NCBI GenBank assembly: GCA_043228905.1
Contig: JBHGNT010000009.1
Location: 18,166,001-18,230,000 of the forward strand
Direction of reading: 5' to 3'
From: Azolla caroliniana
Lineage: Eukaryota > Plantae > Polypodiophyta
Length of the DNA: 64,000 bases
Made by a program: the position numbers and the translations under genes. The notes beneath the pieces were generated by a model. That model was not told where the DNA came from and did no database searches. It saw only the letters and a program-made list of their open reading frames with translations. Positions 33,789 through 47,847 of this stretch are shown piece after piece (within the stretch, counting starts at the first letter, position 1; every line of letters begins with the position of its first letter).

Positions 33789-35446
33789 GGTTGATCGATA
33801 CCTCTCTCTCTTTCTCCGCTTTTCTGTCTCAATGAGAGTTTGTTTTGAAAAGGGGCAGTTCTACCTCATTGTAGAAATGGAATTGCTTTCCAATGAATTC
33901 ATAATACTACCATTGCATTGTTGCTTGTAAAGAGTGTCTGTTAAAGGTCTTCTGTCTTTTGTAATCGCTGATGTATGAGAAAAGCCTTGCCACACAGTGA
34001 AAATGATATTTTGTTATTAGCAGTAATGCTCATGGGTTCATTTTTGTTTTGATGATACTGTCTCCATGATTGGCAATAGTTTCCACCGTTTTGTGGCAAC
34101 GGTTGCAGTCAGGTCACAACAAGACTTAGTATGACGATCACATGGTTCTCTGCGTTGGTAATTCTGGGATTAAAACGCAGTGGGCTATCATATTACTAGC
34201 ATTGATGCGGTCACATTTTCATTCAATTATCCCAGAAAATTTAATAATGGAACGAGAATATATGGTTCTGAGGATCAATCTAGTGATAATTTGTCGACAC
34301 TAAAATGACAGTATGGAAATTGATGTGTATAAATCAGGGTTAACAGACTATTGGATGATTGACTATAAGAATTTGAAGATAATGGCTTTAACTGATCGGT
34401 TCTAGACTAGGAAGATTTACTGTATGATATCCTTGACTAGGTTGCTTGTGGGAATTGCTTAAGATTTTCCCTATCTTGAATAATGAGAGGTCAAGAGATC
34501 ACTTAAGGCTATAACCTTTAAACATGCCAGAAAGGAGATTGTCGTCTATTGACATTGCATAACCTTGTAGACTTACGCAGAAATGATTCTAAAGGTTCAT
34601 TCAGACCAAAATGTTACCGAATTTTTACAAAATTTTTGGGTATAGCTACAACTTCACAATTCCCAAAAGAATTTGTACCCTGTTAAATCCAAATTTCACA
34701 ACCCAGAAGTTTTGGAGATGCCTTCTACTAGAGGTTACTCATCTAGGTAGCGAATGATGAAAGATGGTCTTTCCGAGGTACAGAAAATTGCAAAGAAGTA
34801 TTAGAGGGCATTTTTTTTACTCTAAACGATTTGGTCCTGAGTTGACTACTAAATGACTTTGCAATTCTACAATGCCATTCATTCACCATTATATCATCAC
34901 CTAGTAACTTCCTACGGTTTGCTATCATAGAACACATGATGGATACAATCTTCTTGTTGGTAAATCTAGCTTATAGAGTAATCTCTCCGATCATCTTTAT
35001 GATCATCCACAGACCAATCTGTCTTGGAGACGATTATAGGTTAATTAGGGAGTAGAAATAAAGGATGTAGGCGTATGTTTCTTGTTGAAATAAAACACCA
35101 CTTTTATTGATAGTGGACCAACTATTTCTCTTACTCATATTGAGTCATATCCAAAAACATGTTTCTCACCATAACGTAAATTAACATATTAGAATGTAGA
35201 CTATGTAATTTGAATTACACCTCCAAGTTAACTTTTTAAGGTTCTATCTATGTATAGTAGCCTCCCTTGTGGACTCAAATATGGGATCATCAATTGAAGA
35301 TGTTTATAAAGATCTTGATCTCTTTATTGTTATTAATAAGCTCTTGTAACTCCATAATTTCGAGTAGACTGCATTGAAAAGTCCTCGTAATCCTTGAGGT
35401 TATCTTAGTGCGTTTGATTTGTGAGTATGTGAGTAGCAGCTTGTAT

Positions 35447-35535
35447 TCATGATCATTGCTATCCTATTGATCATTTGGTGTGATGTCTGTATTCATGATC
35501 ATTGCTATCCTCTTGATCATTTGGTGTGATGTCTG
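35447..35535. repeat. Tandem duplication (~46 bp)
   Basis: TATTCATGATCATTGCTATCCTmTTGATCATTTGGTGTGATGTCTG twice. Confidence 0.85.
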
Positions 35536-36479
35536 AAGTGTCGATGAAGGCTTTATTTTTGCCATTGTCTAGGATAGGGTTTGGTGTGATTGAATGTCAA
35601 ACATCTATCTTACTCATGGGGTGGTGATGTGCACAACTAGCCATAACATGGTCTCTAATGTGTTTGGATATTTGTAGAATAAGGCTTCACAACGGACCGG
35701 AAAAAATATAGGGCTACTTAGTAACCCATAGAAGTTTTGTAAAGTCCATAGACAAAAAACTTAATGGTTCATGGTGCATGGTTGCAAATGAGCATTTGAT
35801 CACTTCGGTGAATCACTTACGGCTCAAAACAATTTTTGTTCCATGAAGCTAGATCAATGAACGATTATGCATTCTTTGATGGATGGTTGCTTCAAAGCCC
35901 ACCCCTAGTTGTCATCACTTTATTTTCTTTGCACTTTGGCACCACATTTTCTCATTGAGACTTTCATTCTCTTTGAACTCCTTCACAATGTGAACTATAC
36001 GTTAAGAGTTACCAATGATAAGAGTTGAGATGTTGTTCTCAAAGTCCACTGTGTGAGAGTTGAATTGGTGTCCCTTTGTCACAAAACACCTCTTTGCCAC
36101 ATTGTGTCCTCATAAGTGGTGTGTCCTTGTCTACATCTAACACATACTTAGAGAGGTAGTAAATGCACTCTTTGTATAGCCAAACCTTCACCGTTGATGA
36201 CGTTGGTCATGATTTTGACGAACAAACTTGTTCAACACACACATGAATCCCTCTACCCAAAATATCTAACATGTGTTGAATACTCTCACAAGCTTAATTT
36301 CATCAGCGAGCTTACTCAAAACATGCAAATTAATATCCTTGAGGAGGCTTATTGGGTGATATTTCTAGAATTCCTTCGACTTGTGGTAATTGCCTTTGTT
36401 ATGTCTCATGGAAATTGGAATTGGCATGTGATTTGCATTTATTTGATCGTTTGGTTTCTTTCTTCATAATTCATATTGC

Positions 36480-37330
36480 TTGATTTTTGCAATTATGATT
36501 TGAAGATTGAGGTCCCTCTAGTTGATATGGATGCTCACAAATGTGATGCATGATTGTCTGAAGGAACCCATTAGTATTTCATATTGTGTTATATCAACAG
36601 TTTTATCTATTGAGATTGCTACAATCAAGGTTTGAAGATTGAGGTCCTTCTCGTTGCTATGGATGCTCACAAATGTGATACATGATTATGGTAAGGAACC
36701 CATAAATATTTCACATTTTTATGTTTCTTCAAAGTGTTATCTACTGAGATCATTACATCTAGTTGTCTTTGGCAATTGCTTATGAAGGTGTCCATCGGTT
36801 CTTTGTCACTAATCCCTATGTTCATTAGGGTTTGGTTGGAGAATATTTTGGTCATACCTTCCAAGGGTTGGTGTAATTGTTTAAGATGATTCCACATCGC
36901 TCAAACAAATCCGGGACTTCGACCACGATAAACTAGTCGACTACTCAGATGCATGATTATTTCCATTATTACATCTAGATATTTACTTTTCCATTTACTT
37001 CATTTAGAACCCTGGCAATTGCTTATGAAGGTGTCCATCGGTTCTTTGTCACTAATCCCTATGTTCATTAGGGTTTGGTTGGAGAATATTTTGGTCATAC
37101 CTTCCAAGGGTTGGTGTAATTGTTTAAGATGATTCCACATCGCTCAAACAAATCCGGGACTTCGACCACGATAAACTAGTCGACTACTCAGATGCATGAT
37201 TATTTCCATTATTACATCTAGATATTTACTTTTCCATTTACTTCATTTAGAACCATTCATAATCCCTTTAAGGTTTGATCATTCCAAAATTAATTCCATT
37301 TTCGTTTACCACATTTTGTCATTGTGGTTT
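36480..37330 (-). mobile_element. Degenerate Ty1/copia gag remnant with internal duplications
   Basis: MWNHLKQLHQ..KIFSNQTLMNIGISDKEPMDTFI resembles copia gag (UBN2-type); heavily decayed. Confidence 0.5.
36770..37254. repeat. Apparently exact 243-bp tandem duplication
   Basis: 36770-37011 repeated at 37013-37254. Confidence 0.95.
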
Positions 37331-38744
37331 GGGTTTATCCACTGCATACATTCCTGCCATTTAATTTGATGTTGCCATATTTTTTGGATTTCCCAATAAT
37401 GCTGATTGACTTTCTATATAGATGGTTGACGACATCTTGTTTAGATTTTCCTAATACTAATTATGTTTGATGTGGATTATGGTAAGATCCTTACATTCTT
37501 CATCCAACGACAGAAAAAGGTGTAGAGAAAGCAGATATCTTGAGTGTTTGGGAAACACTCACTGCTCTTTAGCATCACCCGATACTGAGTTTTTTGTTTT
37601 GAAAGATGTTTTTAGAACAATACAATACTTTTGATCCATAAGTTTTCAAGGTTAGTAATGTTTTACAATCAACCAGATCATCACTTACATAAACTTGTCG
37701 ATCTGTGGGCCAATCTATTTAGTCTCTTGGAAAATACACCTTAACCTATCATTCCACTATAACATATTGGAGTCATACATTTCCCAATAAAATTTTGACA
37801 ATGGTAATGTATACTAAAGTCATCATATTGTTATTGTATCTAAAGTGTGTATGTCTGTATACATGTGCATACAAACTTTAGTCTCAATAAGGATATGTAG
37901 AAATATTAGTCTAGAATCCTATATACTTTTAGCATAGTGGTTGATATATGCTATCTGATCGTTAATTTAAGCATAGAAATCACGATGAGATATTAATGAA
38001 TCATGTGGCAATCATTTAACATAGGGATGTACTTTGATGGTTTCATCCGCTAAAACACGCATGGAATCAAGCAAAGGGAACATGGAGACTTTTGGTTCAC
38101 CACGCAATTGCATTGGGTCTACATACAGCCACATTGATTCTAGTGAAGGGTGTTTCAAATGCCCGTGGTTCTAAGTTGAGGCCAAATAAAAGAGTTTGAT
38201 TGTCCTATCAGTTGTGTAGCTTGGTTACATTAAAATTGGCCGAAGAGATTGACCATCAATACATCGTTACCAACTAGAAGGTGTCCCAATACTTTTTTAG
38301 AAAGGCTCAAGGTCTCAACAAGCTACATCATTTCTCAATGGATGTAGGCCTTAGGCCACTCATAATTTGATCTTGAGGGGGAATACCACAAAAGTACAAG
38401 AATAATTGACATTCACGATGTTGATATCATAGTTCAAATTTGTACAATAGGTCTTAACATAGATTGGTCGCTAGGAAGTTCCAAATAGATATCTCAAGAA
38501 TAGCAAACTGCAAACCAAGGACAATCTCAACGAGACCATACCAAAATAACATTGATACATGGTCTCTCACCGTTGACATATCTTGGCACTCCAATTCTTT
38601 AGAAAATCTTTGACAATTCAATGTCTTCCTAAAATAGACATTACATTTCTTAGATGATGTTTTTAGATAGACATTATGTTGTATGAAAATCGTCCATTAT
38701 ATTGTGGTGTACCTTTCATGCAAGAGCATGCATTTGAACACACC

Positions 38745-38900
38745 ACTCTTTTAGCCACTCCCGTTTAGCACATCACCCATTTTAGCCCACCCTTTTAGCA
38801 CACCATTTTGGGACCTCCCGTTTAGCACATCACCCATTTTAGCCCACCCTTTTAGCACACCATTTTGGGACACGTGTAGCTAGACCGTCCCAAAATGGGT
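38745..38900. repeat. TTTAGC-rich 57-bp tandem repeat with short inverted end
   Basis: CTCCCGTTTAGCACATCACCCATTTTAGCCCACCCTTTTAGCACACCATTTTGGGAC twice, then GTCCCAAAATGG inverted. Confidence 0.8.
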
Positions 38901-39313
38901 TCTTTGTATCTTCTATATATTGAATGATAAGTATAAAGCTAGCTAGACTGGTTTTGATCTCTTATGTGCATTTCACAATATGATTGTCTTCTTAGATAAA
39001 AATTATGTTAGGTCTATACCGTCCATTAGATGGTTGTGGCTTGACTTAGAAGATAGACATGATGTTGATGTTAAATAATCGTGCGTTAGATAGTTGTGTT
39101 TTCTTAGGTAGACATTAAATTTCTTAGATGTAATGTTAACTATTAGTCTTTATAAGCCATTACGTTAAAAATGGTCCATTAGTAGATTGGTTGGGACATA
39201 AAAATTTCCAAAGCTTTTCTTGCCCCAAATATTTATAGAAGTTACTGTTGCAAAGCTTGGGACTACGGGTGGATGATTTATTAACTGACTCTATGGCCAT
39301 CCCACTTAAACTT

Positions 39314-39394
39314 CAGAAGGTACCTTCAGAAATGATAAGTGTAGTGCGATTGAACAGAAGGTACCTTCAGAAATGATAAGTGTAGTGCGATTGA
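39314..39394. repeat. 41-bp tandem duplication
   Basis: CAGAAGGTACCTTCAGAAATGATAAGTGTAGTGCGATTGAA twice. Confidence 0.9.
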
Positions 39395-39686
39395 AAGTGA
39401 TCAGTAATTTTCAACAAAACTGAAAATGCATCAAGAATCTACCCCGCTTGCACGCAACAATAAAAGAAAAAACTGACCATTATTACAATACATAAATTAT
39501 TGAGCTTCTATTGATTATTATAATTGACTGTAATTACAACTTAACTGGGCTTCTGATGATTTTTAAATACAATGATATAAATATTCAGATTCGCAATTGA
39601 TCATGTTGCGCAATAGACACCGACTAATAGTCATTTTCTAGGAGATTATAATTACGAAAACGTCGGTACGGGTGTTCCATCCTAAT

Positions 39687-40323
39687 TTAATCAGTAGAGA
39701 TATCGATGGTGCGGACCGCAGATTTTGGCTCAGGAGGTGCAGTCTTTGGGACAGTGACAGTGAGCACACCGTTCTCCATGGCCGCCTTCACCTCCTCCAC
39801 CTTGGCATTCTCAGGGAGCCTGAAGCGCCGGAGAAAGCTCCCTTGAGAACGTTCCACCCGGTGCCATCTGTCTGTGGATGTGGTCTCCTCTTTCTTGCGC
39901 TCTCCACTGATCTGCAGCACGCGCCCTTCCTCCACTTGCACCTTCACTTCCTCCTTGCTCAGACCTAATAATACGATTTTTCCAAACACCACGGAGATCA
40001 GATACCATACCATAGTACAGAAGACAAGCAATATGCTAAATTTTAAAATGTTTTCAGATTTGCGGCGTGAGTGGACAGGGAAGCAAATCTTTACCAGGTA
40101 AGTTAGCCTTGAACACATGAGAATCATCGGTCTCCTTCCAATCCACCTGAGTATTGGCGACTGCAGCAACATCACGGGCAAAGCCTGGATGATCGGGGAA
40201 GGAGGAGGGAGTCCAAGGGGTAGAGAGAGGGAAAGAGGGGAATAGGAGGGAATCAGAGAAGAAAGCATCGAGGGGATCCTCAGTTGCTCTGCGATTGCGG
40301 AGTCCGAAGAGGGAAAGAGCCAT
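39687..40323 (-). CDS. HSP20: Small heat-shock protein 3 (168 aa); exons 40095-40323 and 39687-39964
   Basis: Alpha-crystallin motifs; GT-AG intron of 130 bp; frame intact. Confidence 0.96.
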
Positions 40324-40524
40324 TGGCAGAGAGCGGATGGATGGGATTCAGGAGGAATCAAAAACAGTTAATGTCTGAATGAATTGAGGAGAGAGATAAA
40401 CGAGTAGCTGGAATGAATCAGCTGGATAGATGGGATCGAAATTCGAATACAATGAATTGTGGGACTAGATAGTGTGCAGAGAATCACTCGCGTTTAATCT
40501 GATGAGAATATTGAAGGTTGGATG

Positions 40525-40620
40525 TTTATATATATATGCGCGCGAATGAAGAAGAAGAAGAAGAAGAAGAAGAAGAAGAAGAAGGGTCTGGAAGGGTCTG
40601 GATGTTTCTAGAGAATGCAT
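40525..40620 (-). promoter_or_regulatory. TATA, (CTT)n tract and HSE-like element for sHSP3
   Basis: Minus strand GCATTCTCTAGAAACATCCAGACCCTTCCAGA, then (CTT)n, then TATATATAAA. Confidence 0.75.
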
Positions 40621-42864
40621 GCGAGGAGCACAAGACCATGCCGAGGGCTTCTCTTCTTTCTTTCGTTTCACACTAGGAATTAGTTAATTAGATCCATAGT
40701 TACTCTTATTGTCTTCCTATCTTGTCCATTTGCAATGTGCATTGAGCTTCGATAAAGCACCAATCACTTTTGAATTAGACGAGCATGTATTATTATTTCT
40801 CCAACCGACACTAAATCCTTTGACACTAAGTTCCTTGTGGTGGTGGGAACAATGAAGCAAATCTAGTGTGTGGTGTTATCACCCTTGTCCGTTGCAACCA
40901 AGCAAAAACTCGGTAAGGACGAATTTGTTATCAATTTTTCTTTTATCAAACACCAAGCACCTATGCAAAAAGAAAAACCGATTGCGCGCTTAAAAATACC
41001 CATGTTTAGTGAAAGAGATAAGCTTCGGTGACAGCTATAATATGGAAGGAGATAGCTTAATGCTGGGTTTGGAATTTTGGAGAACTTATGGCCAAGCTCC
41101 AACTTCGCAAAGAATCCCCACAGGACAGTGAATCATGAGATTGTGCGTGAAAGGCCTACATGACTCGCCACGTTGACTCAAGGACCTTGCCAACTTCATT
41201 CTTTCTTTGTTCCTTTCCCACAAATTCCATTGGAATTTGATTGATTATATCTGTGGATTTTATAACCGGCCCTTTCTTTAATTTCGGCTTTGCAATCACT
41301 TCTTTGATCCCTTGATGTAATTCATTTGCCTCTTTATAAATCATTTAGTGCCATTTAACTTGAGTCTCAACTTTCTAACAAAACATCTTGAATAAGGAGC
41401 TTGTAAAAAAAGCTTATAAATGAATGAGATTTATGTGGGAAATTTATGTTGAAGCCTAATGTGAAGGTTTTGTGTGAACCTACATGGGAATGATGCTTAG
41501 GTACAAATCCCCACTAAGTTTGAAGCTTGACTTCTATGTACATAGCTTGCCTTTTACGTAGGCAATCTAAAAACAAAGCCGCTCTTTGTACCTAACTTGC
41601 TATATGTGAAGCTTCACTTCGTAATAAATAGCACTAGTGAAGTGGCTACTCACGATGAGAATCAAAGAAGAGAATTGCTTCTTCATTACGTCGCTACTCA
41701 TTATTGTAATGAGTACGGCTACTCTATCTTGTAAAGAGTAGCGATGAAGCACAAAGAGTAGATTGTTGGAGCAATGCAACAACCATGTCCATGGACGCAA
41801 CCACTTCTTACTAAATCTAGAACTAACCTCAAACTAATGTTCTCACCTACACCTTGCTTTCCCACATACACAACACACACATCCCCACATGCGCTATGTT
41901 GAGCTCCAAGAAACAATCATGATAGAAACATCCCTCTTTGGTTCGAGACCCCTGTGGCTCGGCACATTTCACACACGTGGACGGAATATTGTGATGTAGT
42001 CCAACTTTATGCTAAACTTGTGAATCCAATTAAACTGGTTCGCAAATAAAAAAGACAAGATCAAGAAAGAGAAGGAAAACAATGAACTAGTTGTCAAACT
42101 TCAAAGGGAAAAATGATGAATGGATAATGAAGAAGGGAGAAGTTGTGGTAATAGCAAATCTGAGATGTGCACTTTTGGTATAATCGGGCGCCCATACGAA
42201 GATAAATTCAATTCATAAAATCGGTACTTCATGTAAAGGAGGAAAATCATTATTTATCTTGCTATCCAACAATTAGAGGAAAAACAGAGTAGTGTGGTAA
42301 CATCAAATATGCAGCATCTACAATTGGTCAAACTGCGTGCCCATACGAAAATAGTCCAGTTACAAGTTCAAATAGCTATGATCGAAACATAGCTTGTTTC
42401 ACATGAGTAAAATCAAGTGTAGCAAGCTACGCACGAGCCAACTCAGATGTAGTGAGCAAGGGCCAGGTGCAACTTGGACACAACAACTACGTCAAAATAT
42501 TCCTATATGTAGCTACCTACAATGAAGATTTGCTCAATCGTAGCTTATAAGTTGTGTACTATTTGGGTCAAGTAGCTTTTGCATTGAAGAGGAACAACAG
42601 AGGGAAGAGACTGCACGACACTTTCTACAGTTCTCAATGCAACATTGATTGTCACCACAACAGCTACACTCAAGAATACCAAGAGTTTATTATATGATCT
42701 GTTAGTGGCCAACGATCGTGCTCCATATATTATTATTCTAGCGGGGCTTTAGGCCTCCCATATTGTTAGTAGGAGACCGGACATATGATAATAACCGGCA
42801 CGAGCAAGGGATTGGAGATGAATCCGGAATAGCCCAACATCGTGAAGACCATTTTGACAAGACA

Positions 42865-42866
<2 letters not shown>

Positions 42867-42921
<55 letters not shown>
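42867..42921. repeat. (GA)n microsatellite
   Basis: Seen directly. Confidence 0.95.
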
Positions 42922-42924
<3 letters not shown>

Positions 42925-43032
42925 GGCCCATCCAGCCCTTGTTTTGTTCTATAACATTTGTTTGCATACATACTTGGAAGGCATATCAAAAGTCCAGACT
43001 ATACAATTATCAATATTCACGCCAAGTGTCTC

Positions 43033-43138
43033 TCTCTAGAAACATCCGGACATTTCTTCTTCTTGCGTCTCCAGAAACATCCGGACACTTCTTCTTCTTC
43101 TTCTGCAACATCTTCTGCTCCCGACTCTCATATAAATA
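43033..43138 (+). promoter_or_regulatory. Duplicated HSE-like elements and TATA box for sHSP4
   Basis: AGAAACATCCGGACAyTTC twice; TATAAATA at 43131. Confidence 0.75.
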
Positions 43139-43374
43139 CTCCCTCCTTCCCCCTCCATCGCTATCTGTAAATCGCAGCAGCCTGCAACGAATTCATTCCC
43201 ATCCTACTACACTCTCGCATCTGATCTTCATTACCTTTTGATCTATTCGTCGAATACCACAATTCCCACGCGCTGCGTCTGCGTTTGTTCAACCTGAAAT
43301 CAATCCCTTCTAGCTGCTAATTCTCTCTTTCTTTTTAAAGTCTTTCTTCTATCCATCGATTTCCAAAGTGCCAA

Positions 43375-44045
43375 ATGGCTGTTTCGCTCTTCGGACGTGG
43401 CAATTGCAGAGCATCAGACGATCCCCTCGATTCCTTCTTCTCGGATTCCCTCTTCTTCCCCTCTTCTTCTTTCCCTACCTCCTCTGCCTGGGCCATCTCT
43501 TCTTTCCCTGATCATCCTGGCTTCGCACGTGATGTTGCGGCTGTAGCCAACACGCAGGTGGATTGGAAGGAGACCGCCGATTCCCACATCTTCAAGGCTA
43601 ACTTACCTGGTAAGTCCTTCAACACCTGCCGTTTATATATACTCTTGAATCCAATCATTTCAGATAGCATAGGTTTAGGGTTAGTTCTTATTGATTTTCC
43701 TTCTACTGTTATGTGGTAGCTATATAGTATCTGATCCCCCTGTGTTCTGCAAACAATTGCAATGTAGGTCTGAGCAAGCAGGAAGTGAAGGTGCAGGTGG
43801 AGGAAGGGCGCGTGTTGCAGATCAGCGGGGAGCGCAAGAAAGAGGAGACAAGCTCTACAGACAGATGGCACCGAGTGGAACGTTCCCAAGGGAGCTTCCT
43901 CCGGCGCTTCAGGCTCCCTGAGAACGCTAAATTAGAGGAGGTGAAGGCGGCTATGGAGAATGGGGTGCTCACTGTGACTGTCCCAAAGGCTGCACCGCCT
44001 GAGCCCAAATCTGCTGTTCGCACTGTTGACATCTCTTCCAGTTAA
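43375..44045 (+). CDS. HSP20: Small heat-shock protein 4 (170 aa); exons 43375-43609 and 43768-44045
   Basis: Alpha-crystallin motifs; GT-AG intron of 158 bp; frame intact. Confidence 0.96.
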
Positions 44046-44185
44046 ATCTAGTGGGAACAGCAGGCTGTACTTTTCAGGACTGATTGTGCAGTTGAGAATC
44101 AGGATCAGTCAGTACTGGAAGCACAGCCCATCGTATACGTGATATATATAAGTCAAAATAGTAGTTCTTGCTCGTTGCTACTTGT

Positions 44186-44445
44186 TCTCCTTCTCTGGCT
44201 ATGCTCTTTGGGGCCATTATCTGTTCTCCTTCTGTAATTTAGCTATTGGAAGAAGGAGTTCGTTTTGGCTTTCAGTGCTCACCTTTTTGTTTCTTTGTCT
44301 GCTAGAATCATGTGGTCTCCTTCTCTGGTTATGCTCTGCTGGGGGAATTAGCTGTTCTCCTTCTGTAGTTTAGCTCTTGGAAGCAGTTCGTTTTTGGCTT
44401 TCATTGCTCCCCTTTTTTGTTTCTTTGTCTGCTAGAATCATGTGG
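44186..44445. repeat. ~130 bp tandem duplication downstream of sHSP4
   Basis: TCTCCTTCTCTGGyTATGCTCT...GTTTCTTTGTCTGCTAGAATCATGTGG twice. Confidence 0.85.
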
Positions 44446-47400
44446 ATGTTTTGTAACAGAATTGGTTCATGAATGAATGAGATTTTACTCTTTTCTCTTT
44501 TCTCTGATTTTGATTGCAATGATAGTCCATACAAGTTGTATAAATTATACAGTCTGTTTTTTAACTAAACTGTAAGCCCATTTGGTTAGATTCGCATCAA
44601 ATAGCTTAAGTGGTAGACGTCAAGCCACTCTTGTATTGACACATTAGATGAATGCAATGGGATTTAGTTGTGAGGAACGATGAAAATACTTCGTCCAAAC
44701 ACCTTAGATGAAGAATGCAATTTGGGATTTAGTGGCCGAGGAGCAAAATATGCTATTAGGAGGGAATCGAAGATGGAGATGATGGATGGTTGTAAAATCT
44801 AACTTTAGTCTTAAACAACAATAGAAATACTCATATATAAGCAAAATGCAGATCCAAATATATCTTTCTTACTCATTAGAGATTATATTGTTTGAACTCA
44901 AAACCTCTATACATGTGAGTTTGAGGTTTGAATAAGAGACTCGGTGGGTTATACATTGCACAAGCTACTTATACCTAGGAAATGGGGGTCATTTTGAGCC
45001 CATCAAAAATTATACACGAGTTACTTCCATACTAGGAAATGGGAATGATTGAAGATGACCTAATGGGGTTGCAACTTGCACACACTATGTTAGCCCTTAT
45101 TAATTAATCTTGATGGTAGACAATGTTTTAAGTCAAAAGCCTAGTTTCAAGTAAGAAAACACGAAAAGTTAAAAGTTCCACTAGAAGCAAAAATGTGTGT
45201 TGGCGAACATATCAGGGCCCATGGGTATCATGAAGTCTAATTTGCTTTACTATGAACAGATTGAATAGATTATGTAGATCATTAACCAAAGAGTGAAGTC
45301 TTGTTAGCAAAAGGTACTCACATACTTGTAATGTTTCAAAAATGAGAATAGAGACCTTTTAGTGTCAAGACCTCGTCACTTGAATAAACACACAAACAAT
45401 AATATAATACCATCATAGGTTAAATGACTGACTCCCATTAATTAGGAAAATAGGGATGTCTTAATTTATAGGTTAGGAAATAGCCGTTTTATGGTGTTGA
45501 TGTGTGATGTTAAGAGTGCATCGCTTAACAACATGTGGCAATCTTCATAAACCTAGCTTAATGCATCGATGGCAAGCCAATACCAATGCTTTTTGTGACA
45601 ACGTATGCCCATTTATGTTGTGGTGTGCTATTGAAGGATGGGATGTAACATTGATGTTACTCAACGCTATGGTGCTCAAGTGTGACTTTATGGAGTGGAA
45701 ACACGGGGTGGCACTATCTCACTTTGTGCATGTATTGAAATAGGGACAATTTAGAAATGATTCTTAGATAGGAAATTAGAAATTGAATCCTCAACATCCT
45801 ATCCTATCATGCAATTAGAAATAGGTGCTCAATCCATGGAGGTGCTAATCATGAGAACAATATGAATATAACCGATCATAACTTGTTGGTTGAAGGTGTT
45901 TTGCAATGAATGCACATCTTTGTATTGTGAGAGGTATGCCTTCATATTAATATTATTTGTTGAAGAGTCAAGATCACCATTTACCTTATTAGTAGCAATT
46001 AGGGCAAGAGTAGTTGTCAAGTACCCTCGAACCTCTAGCCTCACGTACCTAGACTAAGCAAACACTAACTCCGGTTTCTCTCATGAAGTTATCCTCACCA
46101 AGAAGTTCACTAGTGCCTTAATAAGAGTTAAGCATTATTGTATTCAAACACATAAATTGACACAAATATGAATAAGACAACCACATTTCCATTTATGAGA
46201 ATCACCAACACACATACATCTCAAGAAGAGATTGGGGAGAACTTAACATTGTTTAAGAAAACACATTGTCTTGTTTTACATTAAGGCTCTGAGTGCAATA
46301 CTTAAGTGTTCCTTTTTCTAAGTCCCACACTTGTGTCCTTGTAGTGATGTGAATATCGCCAACGGGCGTGTTACGTGCGGCAAATATTTAACATTTGGAC
46401 ACGGGATGCAAGGTACAAAAAAACTAATAGGAGAATATTTCTCCTTCCTTTTGGGTGACTGATGTATTAGCTAATGATTATTTTCCAATAATTTCCAACA
46501 TTAGATGTAATATACACTACCTTTTATTCCTTTACGTCTTCTCCTTTTGTTGTGTATCGATCACAACCACAAGTAGTGCGAATGTTGTGAGGAATAGTGA
46601 ATGATGACCAATGTTTGAAAACTAAGCTTGAGAGTAGCAAAGTGATAATTGTAAAGTATGTGATTGTTGTACAAGCCTCAAGGCAAAAATAATTTTTGTC
46701 AAAACTACATTTTCTCAAGAGTGTGGGATGTCTAAGGAATTGGTAAGTTGCAAGTAGAGTTGATCGTGTAGTGATTTGGGCAACCCTTGTGATCTTCTGA
46801 TTCCTACCAAGTTGTGAAATCCATGCAGCCTAAGGGGCAAGTAGAGCTTACTCGTCAAGTAGCCATTAGCTCGTCAAGTAGCTATTAGTAGCCCACTGGT
46901 CAAGTAACCATGGACCTACGTGACACGAAATGGCCAAGTAACCATGGACATGCATGACACCTAATGGTCAAGTAATCATGGACCTAATTGACACTTCTCA
47001 TTTCCCTGTGGGTGCACAACAATTACATCATCCTTGAACCCACACAACAACTCTCCTTCCTCTAACTTGCCCAAGATAATTACATCCTTTAACCATTGTT
47101 GATCGCTTTCCTCCTATCTAACACCCTCCTCTAGGTTCGTTCACGAACTCCACTATTCCTCGACCATATCATATGCTAGTCATCCAACAACGTAAAAGAC
47201 AAGCACATGTCATAATATATAACATACACAAGGCCTTTACTTAGAAAGGATACGTATTGAAGCGAAAAATGATAGCCTAAAACCATTTGGGACAATTGCA
47301 CGACGATGATGTACAAAGCATGTATAGTGATAAGATTATAACCATAAGCACATAGACTCTTACAAGTCCAAGGGATAGTGAATGGTGAAAGAAAGTGAAT

Positions 47401-47847
47401 ACTAAGCTTGAGAGCGACAGTGAGGGTGTTGAACCACCACCATTTTCAAATTTGTGTTTCAACATTGAAACAAGGCAGATTTTACAATCTGAGCATAAAA
47501 AGTTTCTACTTATGTTGCAATTATAAGTACAATTATTCAATAATGGCAAACTTTACGATCAAGTAATTGAAGAATAGTTTCATTGATCATGTATAAAGCA
47601 ATTCTCTTAGAACAAATTACAAACAACTAAGACACCACAAGACGATACCATTGAGACCAGAAACTAACCATAATTACGAGAGGAAAAGACTGGATACAGT
47701 ATATATTAACTCATATGAACTTCAGATCTTGACAGGACTCAAAAGTACATGAATATACATACACAACATACATTACATTGGGGACACTGTTTCTAGGGGA
47801 TGTGAAATTAACGAACAAAATGTTGAGGATGTTTCATATCGATTAAT

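Noticed and set aside
39687-40361. 224-aa ORF reading through the sHSP3 intron
   Set aside because: Starts at a non-ATG codon, is out of frame in exon 1 and enters the exon 2 frame only via the intron; the spliced model matches the other five genes
42738-43039. SL/RE-repeat ORFs
   Set aside because: Translation of a (GA)n microsatellite
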